From NCBI GenBank assembly GCA_000320545.1, contig ADNK01003135.1:1-41240 (forward strand): a DNA stretch of 41,240 nt, read 5' to 3'. A program made the position numbers and the translations under genes. Under the pieces are notes generated by a model that saw only the letters and a list, made by a program, of their open reading frames with translations, was not told where the DNA came from and searched no databases. The stretch is from Bigelowiella natans CCMP2755. Taxonomy: Eukaryota; Protista; Cercozoa. Shown one piece after another: positions 12,954-23,838 of the stretch (its first letter is position 1; the number at the start of each line of letters is the position of its first letter).

Positions 12954-14192
12954 GTAATATTTATAGTAGCATTAGAATTTAGTTGCTGTAGCTGCTACTT
13001 TAACATAATACTTATTATTAATTTGTAAATAATACTTATCATAATTCTTAATCACCTCTAAATACATAGTACTTATCATTATTCATCTCCTATCACCTCT
13101 TATTATTATTATTATCATCATCATCATTATCATCATCATCATCATCATCAGCAGCAGTTGAAAGGAAGTGGCAAATCCTCCTCCTCCTCCTCCCGCAGCA
13201 GTAACAGCAGTCTTCCTGGAAACCTACTAGCCATCCTAGAATGTCCTGTGTGCATGACGATCTATAAAGACAAAGTTATCATGTGCACCAATGGTCATAA
13301 GAACAACAATAACAACAAGAAGAAGACGACCCAGTAGCAGTAGCAGCAGCAGTAGTAGTAGTACTAGTTGTAATAGTAGTAGTAGCAGTGTCATATGATA
13401 GTAGTAGAAACTTTCCTTACTTAACTGCATACAGCACACACACACGCGCGCGCACGCACACACACACGCGCGCGCACGCACACACACAGTACTTGTTTGT
13501 TACCACGGCCTTTGTTACTACGACTCAATTGTGATGTCATCGTATGATGATAATCATCATTATCACTATTATCATAAGCATCCTCATCAGATCATCATCA
13601 TCACCGCATTCCCATCTATGTCGTCATCTATATGTATGTGTTGTGTTGATAATGATAATAATAACTAATAATAACTCATAATAACAGGCCATTCCGTGTG
13701 TGCACAATGCGTGGATAGTCTTCCTGATAAACGATGCCCAACTTGTCGGGTCAAATTAGGTACAAACTTACTACTACTACTTATCAACTTAGAAAAGCTT
13801 AATCAGTGCTGCTGCTGCTGCTGCTGATGCTGATGATGATGATGATGAATGATGTTAATAATGATGCGCCCCAATTTACTTATTAGTCGCTAAATGAGTT
13901 ACTAGCAAGGTTTAGAATTACTTATTAGTCGCTAAATGGGTTACTAGCAAGTATAGAAGAATAGGAAAATAGCAGCAACGCTTGTTACAGTAGTAGTAGT
14001 AGTTGTTTTAGTAGACATGTCTTGCTCCTTGCTGCTGTGCAATGATACTATACTTTAGTATATTTGCTGCTTGCTGCTGTGCAATGATACTATACTTTAG
14101 TATACTCTACTGTAGAATAAAAACAACACTAACCATCGTAGTAACACGCCTCCTTTCAACATGATGGAAGATATTTAATCAGGGATGACTCA

Positions 14193-14235
<43 letters not shown>

Positions 14236-15068
14236 ACATACAGACAGGTCACACATATGCGTTAGAGTGTACAATAAACAATATTGAAGAATATATTCTG
14301 TTTGAAATTCAAAAAACTAGGAAATATTCGTAACAGGATCGTCGAGAGAATGGTAGTGTGCCCCAAGTTATAAGATTTTGTTACCATCATCATCATGATC
14401 ATCATCAACGATATCATATGGCAATTATGGGAGGGAGAAAGGGGGCGCACGTAGCAGGAAATGCCAAAACTATCATATATACTATTTAGTGGGATAAACG
14501 ATTGTTGTGTATAAACAACATCATTTTGATGATGATGATGATGATGACGATGATGATAATATTATTTTTGGTTTATTTTGTATAATGTGTTGTTTTGCGT
14601 GTGTGTGTGTGTAATATCATTTTCTATCTGATTCTTTATATCGATTGTAATAGAACGTGTATTGTAATGTGTTTGTGTTTATGTTTGAATTAACCACACA
14701 CAGCTGGAAACTGCGGCTCTTCCTTGCATTTATAAGGACTATGGGTGATTAAGATAAATGATCATTGGCATCATCATGATCGTGATGATGATGTCGATGA
14801 TCATGCTATTATTATCAGGTGCAACTATCTTGGAACAGAACGTGCTAACCACGAGAAAAAGTGTATGTTTCGTCCTATTCCATGTCTTCTGAGGTAGTGG
14901 TAGTGGTAGTGGTATAGTAGTGGTAGTAGTATAGTAGTATAGTAGTATAGTAGTGGTAGTAGTAGTAGTAGTATCGTGAGGATACTGCTGATGAGTGTGC
15001 TGATGATGATGTTCATTTCAAAATAATATTAGAACGGTATGTTATTACATACTAGGGTATTATTACGA

Positions 15069-15102
<34 letters not shown>

Positions 15103-16028
15103 TCTTATTACTGTTCTACCTCTTACCAGTGTGTTGTTGTTTTGTTAATTTGTACTACATCATATATTATAAACCACCACCGCTGTCACCATGGTTTCTA
15201 TCGCATATCTAAAAAAGACGTTGTTATCCAAGCTGTAAATGGGAAGTAAGTTGCTACCACCACGACTTGATAGGAGAACAAAACCAACAACAATATGCTG
15301 TAGTAGTAAATAAGAGGGGGACGAGGAGAAGGAGGAGATGGTAGTGGTCTTAAAAGAGTATGGTGTAGAAGAAGAACAAGCGAATAATGACTATTGATGT
15401 GTTGATAGTTACAGCTTCTCCTCCTCTTCCTCCTCCTCCCACAACTATCACTACTACTACTACTACTACTACTACATAATACAACTATAGGGACCTCCAT
15501 CACAGCTAGTAAAACATCTCAACACTCATTGCAGGTAATAGTAGTAGTTGTTGTTGTACTACTATTAGTAGCAGTAACAACCAAGTTGTATTGATGCTAT
15601 GCTCCCTGTCCTACTACTTTTCGTACCATTACAACTACATGCTCTGGTATTGTTCATCTTACTACTACTTACTACTACTACTACTAACTACTACTTGTAC
15701 GTTTTGCTATTGTGTTGGTGCTATTCTAGCGTACGTAACGTGGAACCTGACACCGTAGACGACGTTTACTGGTAACATATATTTACTTCTATCATCTTTT
15801 ATTAACAACAGATAAAGAGATATGATTTAGATTGATTATGGATTTTATTGCAACATGATAATGATATGATTTAGATTGATTATGGATTTTATTGCAAGAT
15901 GATAATGATATGATTTAGATTGATTATGGATTTTATTGCAAGATGATAATGATATGATTTAGATTGATTATGGATTTTATTGCAACATGATAATGATTGC
16001 CAGTTTAAGAATTTGTCTGCTTTGTATA

Positions 16029-16087
<59 letters not shown>

Positions 16088-17098
16088 ATTTTTTACGTAT
16101 GTATAATATATTTGTTGATATTACGTCGTTGTTGCCGTTGTCGTTGTCGCTGTGTATTGTTGTAGGTCATACAAAACGGATAAAGAATGTTTTCAGCGCG
16201 GTAAAGATGCAGCATATTTCCTCCCATGGTGCCAGAGATTCTACTATGTATCAATATCCAAACGAGGTAGTACTAGTAGCAGTAGTTTGATTTAATGGTT
16301 CTGCTGCTCTATCAATTAGTGGTCTCACCACGTCGTTCGTTGTACTACCCGACATCATCAGATGAATCGTGGATATATGTTAATTAATAAGAATAATAAT
16401 AACAATAACAATAGGGGATTTGTTCCATCTGGCAGCATTGTGGTTTGCAATATCACCCCAAGCAGCACAGGAGGTACAGTAGTAAATGAGAGAGAGAGAG
16501 AGAGAGCGAAAGAGAGAGAGAGAGAGGGGGAGAGAGAGAGCGCGACTTGTAACAACTACTCGCTTCTAATCGACGTATTATTACATGCACATCATGTTAT
16601 GATATGTTGTTGTTGTTGTTGTTGTTGTTGTATAGGCTGATCGAAAGATAAAGATGGACCTTGTCTTTCCACTAGATAACAACCAGGTACAGTAGCAGTA
16701 GTAGTACTCGTAGTAATATTCTAAATGAAGATCGTACTCGTATGTAGGGGGGGGGGGGAGGGGGGGGGGTGTTTGAAAAGTGAAGGGGGGGGTGTTGTAT
16801 CAATTCGCATTGAATTTGTTGTTTTGTTGTTATTGATCGTTCTTGGTTGTTTTGGTAGTTCTGATCTGTTTGTACCTTGTTTCTATTTCTTTTCGGGTTT
16901 TGTTCTACTGCAGAGCGTTTGCTACTCTCTGTACCCCCCGCGTTTATTGCCTGGACAGATTCTTGATGAGCAAATATCTGAGTTGATCCAAACTCGACAG
17001 TCTTTCATAGTACCGATTAGAAGGTATTATTATGTGAAATAATTGTATCAGTACTAGAGTACGTAATAATACGTGTTAGGGGGTACCAGTGCTAAACG

Positions 17099-17131
<33 letters not shown>

Positions 17132-17891
17132 ATTGTTGGTGATTGCTATCACATCTGGTGTTGATCACACTCATCATGGATCAGGTGGAGGAGGGAATGG
17201 TCAGAGTCAAAGCATAAGTGTTATTTCCAGGTGCTACTAGTACTACTACTGCTTGCAGTAGCAGGAGCAGCAGCAGTAGTAGTAGTAGTAGTAGAGTAGT
17301 AGTAGTAGTAGTAGACTGGTAGTAAGTTTGACGGTGTGCATATGGTGTGTATCTAGACTCACTAACTTTAATCAAGTTGTAATAATCACAATGTGGATTG
17401 CTTGATTATAGGTGCGTGCGAGGTGGACAGATCCTAAGCTTATGACTGGTAGCAGCAGCAGCAGCAGCACCAACACTCAAACCACCAGCATAGCAGCACC
17501 CTATACTGCTATTGGAACTACTTGTGGTGGCGGTGCTGGTAGTCGTAGTAATGGCGGCGTCCAAGGAGGAGGAGCAAGGAGTAATCGAGAGAGTAGTAGG
17601 AGTAGTAGTATCTCCTCCTTCTACTGTAAGGATGATAATACTGCTGCTGCTGCTACTACTACTACCACTCCTCTTGAATCTTGTCGTAGTTGTCAGCCGC
17701 AGCAGCAGCAGCAGGAAGTGGGGGGGGATGGTAGAATTAGTAATTATCATGGAATTGCGAATAATTCCGCTGATCATAAGGATGATGACGATGACTACAC
17801 ACCAGATCCAGCACTACCAGCAGAGGCAGCAACATCAGCCTCATCCTTGTCATCTCCCCCCACTTTGGAAGAACAATGCTGCTACATTTGA
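10750..17891 (+). CDS. SINA/Siah-like RING-type E3 ubiquitin ligase, multi-exon; 5' exons uncertain
   Basis: Exons at about 13150-13294, 13688-13760, 14321-14352, 14704-14744 and 14819-14893 splice to LECPVCMTIYKDKVIMCTNGHSVCAQCVDSLPDKRCPTCRVKLGNIRNRIVERMLETAALPCIYKDYGCNYLGTERANHEKKCMFRPIPC. This is a C3HC4 RING, the SINA 'RNR..E' linker and a SIAH-type zinc finger. Further exons lead to ORF 17412-17891. The start codon is not resolved. Confidence 0.85.
15819..15994. repeat. Intronic minisatellite, 44 bp x 4
   Basis: Unit gatatgatttagattgattatggattttattgcaa(c/g)atgataat at 15819, 15863, 15907 and 15951. Confidence 0.95.
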
Positions 17892-19039
17892 ATAAAAAGA
17901 AGATAGCGAAAACAAAGACGAAATGGATGGGGACGACAAGGAGGCCAATAGTAGGCAAGGATGATGATGGGGGAGGAGGCTGCACAGACGATTGTGATGA
18001 TGATGATGATGAAAGTTTTCTAAGAGGATCATCCTCAGCATCCCCTATTTTCCTTGAGGCAAAAGGAGACCAGAAGTCAAGGCGAACGAGTCAGCAGGAA
18101 TAGTGACTCAGCGGCACTTAGGAGGCAATTGCAAGGAGCAGCAGTGGATAATCATACAAGGAAGTTACGTGGTACGTACAAGCTCTGGAGCTCTAAGTCA
18201 GCAGAGTCATTATACATCGTATTGTTGACATGGCTATATGCGCGTGCATGTGAACATTTGCGCGTACGAACACATGTAGTTTTGCACACACATGTTCTTC
18301 ACAACACATGTTCTTTATTTGCAAACATGTGCCAAATCATAGCACACATGGTCCATCATTGACTGTCTAGCTGTGTCCATCACATTGAGCTCACGTGTTC
18401 TGAAGCACAATAGCACACATGATCGAAATGTATAAATGTCACACATTTATATGGATCTTGAGCAAACATGTCCTAGATGGGGTGCACGAACAGTGCTAGA
18501 GTAGAATCTTTGCTCTAGATTGCTAGCTACACTGTGAACCAATGAAAGCTAGAATGCAAACCTGCGTTTGGAAAGGCTGCACATGTGAGAACTGGAGAAC
18601 GCATGCTGCATGCTGGCATGGCTTCATCTGTGGCCTAGCTACCTAGCTAGCTAGTGGTGGCGCGTTTTGCTGGTTTGGCCAAAAATAGATTTTCCGTTTT
18701 TTTTTGAAGCTGGCAAGCTGCAGCTGCCATTTTGCATGCATTCGGTTCCTTGAAAAATGGCAAGGTGGGCTACAGTGCACACGTTTGGACACTGATGTTG
18801 TTACACGATGAAAGCATTGCGTCTGCAATTTACGCGGGCACGTTCGCACGCGTGAACTGAACCGAGAGACTTCATGAACACTTTGTGAGCATTGTGCGCT
18901 TGCCCGTCTCATTCTCCAGGTCGCCGCCATTGAAAGGGGGGAAGGAACAAAGAAAAGAACAAAGAATGAGCTGCACGCAATGGTGCACAACACATTGCGG
19001 CATATAATTGAAGTTTTCAAAATTGTTGCCGCACGTTCT

Positions 19040-19440
19040 CCAGTTCTCGATGGAAACTTCACCAACCAAGCGATTTTTTTCATTTGACATATATTTCTTA
19101 TAAGGTAGTTTTCACTTTGGAACCAGAACAATTGACATCTTCGCAACAAAACGAAGGAAAAATTCTCCTAACTTTTCTTTGATGATATACGTGAGACAAT
19201 TAAATCTGCAAATTCCATCAAATCACTAACTTCATCTTCAGGATTTTCATTTCCTTCAGGAAACTCAACATCGTAACAGAAATTAACAGGTAGGTTTTCA
19301 GGCAATAATTCACAACAGTTGACATTACCGCATTGTTTAACTACACAAGGAAAATCGCTCAAGGTTTTAAAAGTGCCATACATCCTATTTTTTCCCACTT
19401 CTAATGGCACACATGACTGATTATCATTTTTCTTAGTGCA
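19040..19440 (-). pseudogene. PrimPol/archaeo-eukaryotic primase (AEP)-like fragment
   Basis: RMYGTFKTLSDF...NCCELLPENLPVNFCYDVEF resembles PrimPol motif I (YEVI.E...KLYFDLEF, catalytic DxE). The frame continues past a TAG at 19168-19170 into ENFSFVLLRRCQLFWFQSENYLIRNICQMKKI. Motif II (SxH) is not intact. Confidence 0.5.
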
Positions 19441-19730
19441 TTCTATATGGCGAGGTTAGAAGGCTGAGTTTTGTTTTTTTTACTTTCTTAAAATGTCGTT
19501 CCATACATTTTAATTTGTTGGATTTCTTGAATCATCATTCAGTATAATTACTTGCTATGCAATGTGAGATAAAATTATATAAGTTGTTTTTATCACAATT
19601 ATATAATAATATCTCTATAAGTATTTTATTACAATTATGCGGTTTGCCATTTTTATTAGATTTACGCACGTTTAGTTTTTTAGCGTTGCACAAGCACATG
19701 TAAGTTCAAAGTTCAATGAATGAAAATATT

Positions 19731-20177
19731 TCAATAAATTTCAAAATATAAATATGAGGGATTTAACCGAGCTTCGGGTTTGCGATACATTTCAATGTCT
19801 GCCTCAACTTGATGTTTCCCACCCAACACGAGATACACATATTCACAACCCTGACCTTTGGGTCCGCCATTTGTTGCTAAATTGACATTGTCAATGCATC
19901 GTCCCTTTTTTTAAATTTCGAAGTATTTGTATAATTATATTTCCAACCAATATGCGTCGGCTTGAGTCTTCGTTTCGCATAGAACAGTTATTTTCGTATA
20001 ACCATCAGGTTTGTACCTTGCCGTCCATCTCTTTTTAGATGGATTACTTTCACATGCTTTACCCACATAGTAGTGTTTGTTGGTTCTCGTTGCAAACTGA
20101 CCAATTTTTTTCTTCAAGGTGTCAAAAGTGCTTTTGTTAGCCTTTCCCTTGAGGCAGTAATACCATTGGACGGTCAT
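19731..20177 (-). pseudogene. GIY-YIG-like endonuclease (apparently circularly permuted) with two in-frame TAA codons
   Basis: 149 codons from ATG(20177) to TGA(19731): MTVQW...HYYVGKACESNPSKKRW...VLCETKTQADAYWLEI*LYKYFEI*KKGRCIDNVNLATNGGPKGQGCEYVYLVLGG. It shows a YIG-like strand, a downstream Arg, a helix Glu, Asn..GG, and a C-terminal YVY strand. The TAA codons are at 19935-19937 and 19911-19913. Confidence 0.55.
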
Positions 20178-20227
20178 GAATCTTTGGGTGTCGTGTGACA
20201 ATGGTTCTGTGACTACTTCAGCTATCT

Positions 20228-20902
20228 TCAACGTCGACTGCGCGAGCTGCCAGTGCCACTTCTACGCCTTGACGACGATGACGAACGACGTCTACTACTG
20301 TGGCCGCTACTTCTAGATCGACTGTATGAACGACTATTGCCACCATTTTGCCTCCCGTAGCTATTGGGCCTTGATTTGGGGCTAGAATTTCTGCTTCTGC
20401 TGGAACTCCGCTTGGGACTGGGGCTTGGACTTCGCACCTTAGTGTTGCGTTTGGAAAGTTGCTTGGTCCTGCTATTTGAACGCGTCTTCTTTTTCTTCGA
20501 TCTCGGACTCCCTGAAAGTTCATGCAGATGTTTCGCTCCATAAAACTCTGCTTCTTTCTTGCTGACACGCGAGTGTCCTAGCTTTCGATTGTCCGAGGCT
20601 TCGTGAGCAAAGAGATTGGCACCCTTATCTAATTTGTCCTTTCCAGATTTCTTGTTTGGGTCAGGTCTGCCGTGTCCAACATGATACGTGCTGCCTTTGA
20701 GCCCATGCTTGTCCATTTCTTTGCGAACTTTTGCGTAAGACGCGTCCTTCATTTTCGGCATGACCTTCTCATTGAACTGGCGTGCCTCATACTGCATTTT
20801 GCACGAGGTTGGATCTCCCCGAAAATTAGTGCATTGCCCTGGCGGAGCACATTGTGCTCCCCAAAAGATGACCGCCGCAACGAGCAGTTGCGTGCAGCAC
20901 AT
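20228..20902 (-). CDS. Intron-less 224-aa protein: signal-peptide-like N-terminus, HNH/His-Me-finger-like nuclease domain, Ser/Arg-rich basic tail
   Basis: Likely start MCCTQLLVAAVIFWGAQC (ATG 20902, inside ORF 20228-21076). YHVGHGRP...GANLFAHEASDNRKLG fits the HNH H-x-x-H-x-x-P...N-L...N...G pattern. The C-terminal ~95 aa are dominated by S/R/K. Confidence 0.6.
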   Translation of the reverse strand: MCCTQLLVAAVIFWGAQCAPPGQCTNFRGDPTSCKMQYEARQFNEKVMPKMKDASYAKVRKEMDKHGLKGSTYHVGHGRPDPNKKSGKDKLDKGANLFAHEASDNRKLGHSRVSKKEAEFYGAKHLHELSGSPRSKKKKTRSNSRTKQLSKRNTKVRSPSPSPKRSSSRSRNSSPKSRPNSYGRQNGGNSRSYSRSRSSGHSSRRRSSSSSRRRSGTGSSRSRR

Positions 20903-21550
20903 GGGGGCACTCTTGCAAGTTTTTATTGTGGCTGAGCAGTAAACAATGAATGAATGTGGGTGAGTGAACAATGAACAATGAACAATGAAGAAAGCGTTGA
21001 TCAAAACTACATGCGCCAGAACCACATGGGAGACAGGCATTTGCACGCAGCAGAGCCTCAACAACACTCGTTGCAAGGACTTGTCAGCACCCTGTTGGTG
21101 AGAGACACAAAAAATCAGCCGTAGGCTAGGATCGGAATTGATGGTAGTGTAACGTCAATTGTCATGTAACGACAAAAAACATCCTCCAGGAACATTCATC
21201 AAGGACATTATTTATGATTATTTTTGGGTAATTCTTTGTCGCAGGAGGACTAAATCAGTAATTTTTATATACGGCATTTTGCCGTAATCACTCTCCAATG
21301 GATGAATGATGCTGTTGTGACGTGCAAGGGCTACGGGCGAAAGTTATCCGTCCACAAATGTGGTCAGAATTGTTGTCATTATTATTTTCACGTTAGGTCA
21401 TTTTTAACACGGACAACATCTGGAAAAAGACACCACTAACAATGTCGTTGATGACCGTGAGGGGGAAGAGGATCCTCAAAACCCACAATGCAGGGGAGGA
21501 GGAGGAGAGACTGATAAGACCAACTAGCCAATCAGAGCTCTTCTTCTTCT

Positions 21551-23760
21551 ATGTTGCGCCTATGTCATGCAGGGCGACGATCCATGCTCAATGGATTACG
21601 CCAGACGTACGGTCTCTCCAGACAAGAAGGTTTGGCGGGATTGCAGGCTTCCCCACGTATGGTTTCTACAAGCTCAAAGTATTCATCAAAAGAAAGTAGT
21701 GGACGGAATAAGCCTGAAAATTTTCTCTGGGTGTGGGCAAAACGCTTAAAGCTCTCATCTCCTGAGGACATAGTCCAATACGACGAAAGCTACAGTAAAT
21801 GGAGACAGGTCACGACGAATATTCGATGCAATATTTATTTACATGTATTTCCACAAGTACTTGCTCACTAAATCTCTCAGGGTTTTGCAGACAATGATGA
21901 AGCTGTATTGATCCTATACGTTGCATGCACACAGGTACCGTTCTCCATCGGTGTACATCTCTCTCTTGGATCCGTATTCGCATTTTCAGTTTTCAATAGT
22001 CCTCTATCCACATGTATGGGAGTAGTTGCACCAGCAGCTGGGGATTGGAGCGTTGGTGATATTCTACCTGTCTTCGGCTGCACGCTCTCATTCTTTGGTA
22101 GTATGATAACGAGAATGATAACTTGTTTACGAAGAGGATGGAATGTAATGGAAAAGGCAGTGGTGGTGATGATGATTATAATGATGACGAGTAAATTAAT
22201 CAGTGGTTGCTTCTACCGGGCCATAATATAATGACATTTTGATTTCCGACGTATACTATTATTAGCCAGTCCTTGATCCATCCCACAACAAAAGACATTG
22301 GCATTATTTTTAATTTAGGTTTGGCAGCGGCAATGTTTGGAAGATCAGGTTTCTACGAGCGATACGGACCTCGCGTCTGTTGCCTTCTTGGAGCTGTATC
22401 CTACGCCACTGGATTCTCCATCGCTTCCATTGCTGTCAATATTCATTCCCTCCCACTTCTTTACCTAGGATATGGTGTTTTCGGGGGAATCGCAATGGGG
22501 GTCGATTAAACCACACACTCATTTTTATTCACTATACATAGTATTTCCATTAATTGTTAATTTTTTAACTATATACGGCGTTGTAATTTAGGTCGCGTAC
22601 GTTCCAGCGGTGGCAGTTCTACTGCGCTGGTTTCCAAACGATAAGGTAAATTAGTTAGTCTCATGGCATTCTCTCATAGAGAGGAAGGAATAAAGAATAT
22701 GCATGTTTGCTTAGACTAACTTACAGCTCACCCACCATTATTCTTTTCAAAGGGGTTTGCCTCAGGGCTAGCTGTGATGGGATATGGGGCTGGAGGCCTG
22801 GTATACATAGCACACAACAACTATAGTATGAAGAAGAGTCGTTATTACAGCACAAATATGAGTGCAAAGGATGGAGAAGGAGGAGGTCTTCTCTCAGTGG
22901 TAGAGAGGAATTCACTTGCATCTCAAAGTCACTTGCGATTTTACCATCAATTAGGTTGCAACGCCCACATGCCAGATGTTATTGCAGAAATTTTCTTCAA
23001 TACCAACATATTATGGTGATAAAGAAAATGCTGTAACGGTTATAAAAGATGGAATATTGTACGCTGCCGAGTTAAATGAGAAAGGGGATTTAGTAGCGAC
23101 ATCTACTCAGGTATAGAGAAAATCAAGGGCGGTTTTGAATATTCACTCATTCATTGTTGTAGAAAAAGAACTAGGTAGATATACACTATATGGGCAGGCT
23201 GATTCATGAATACAATAGGATACTAGTGATTATGCTCAAAATTCTTAGTCGAAAAAAAATTATTAGTATTAAAAGAATAATAATATTATTAGACAATAAA
23301 TCTAAACATTTAATTAAATTTAATTTACTCTTTGTTCATGTCCATGTAAGTAGTAGAATAATAATCATTGTTTGTGTAATACACAAAGGTCGTCTACGCT
23401 GGTGCCACTGAATTGGCTACATTTGCGACAGATTTGTCACCTGGATTTTACATTGTCAATTCAGGGTCTACAGGTTTCAGAATTAGTAGTTGTACATAGT
23501 AACGGTAGTAGCAGCAGTAAGTAGAAGTGATAATAGTTTTCTAGTGGTAGGAAGAGAATAGTAGAAAGTAACAATGCTTTATAATATACTGAGGGAGCCT
23601 AAGAAGTAAAGAACAAAATAACTTGTATCCAACTCACCATGGAATCCGATTACCTACTTCATGGTCTACAGGTATCGGTGAGACATTTTTATGCTTGGGA
23701 ATTGGATACGGGTAAGTTTGTGAGAATAATAGGATGAAAAATAATGAATACAACTAACTA

Positions 23761-23838
<78 letters not shown>

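Larger units (their letters stand above)
19040..20902 (-). mobile_element. Intron-less island of co-oriented nuclease/primase-like ORFs; probable endogenous viral or mobile-element relic (ends not defined)
   Basis: Three tightly packed - strand ORFs without introns or microsatellites, in a genome where the neighbouring genes have many exons. The island is flanked on both sides by TpA-depleted DNA. No TIR, LTR or TSD recognised. Confidence 0.5.

Noticed and set aside
13435-13488. Mixed (CA)/(CG) tract as another hypermutated (TA)n
   Set aside because: It has no TG units and the surrounding intron is full of TpA; better explained as a duplicated, interrupted (CA)n microsatellite.
18643-19040. 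C-terminal part of ORF 18643-19149 as coding
   Set aside because: It lies in the TpA-depleted patch and has no recognisable motif; only the 5' part continues the PrimPol-like frame.
18630-21130. Terminal inverted repeats or Helitron ends around the island (CTAG clusters at about 18635-18654 and 21126)
   Set aside because: Only a few matching bases, with no convincing TIR, hairpin or TSD. CTAG enrichment is explained by the mutational bias.
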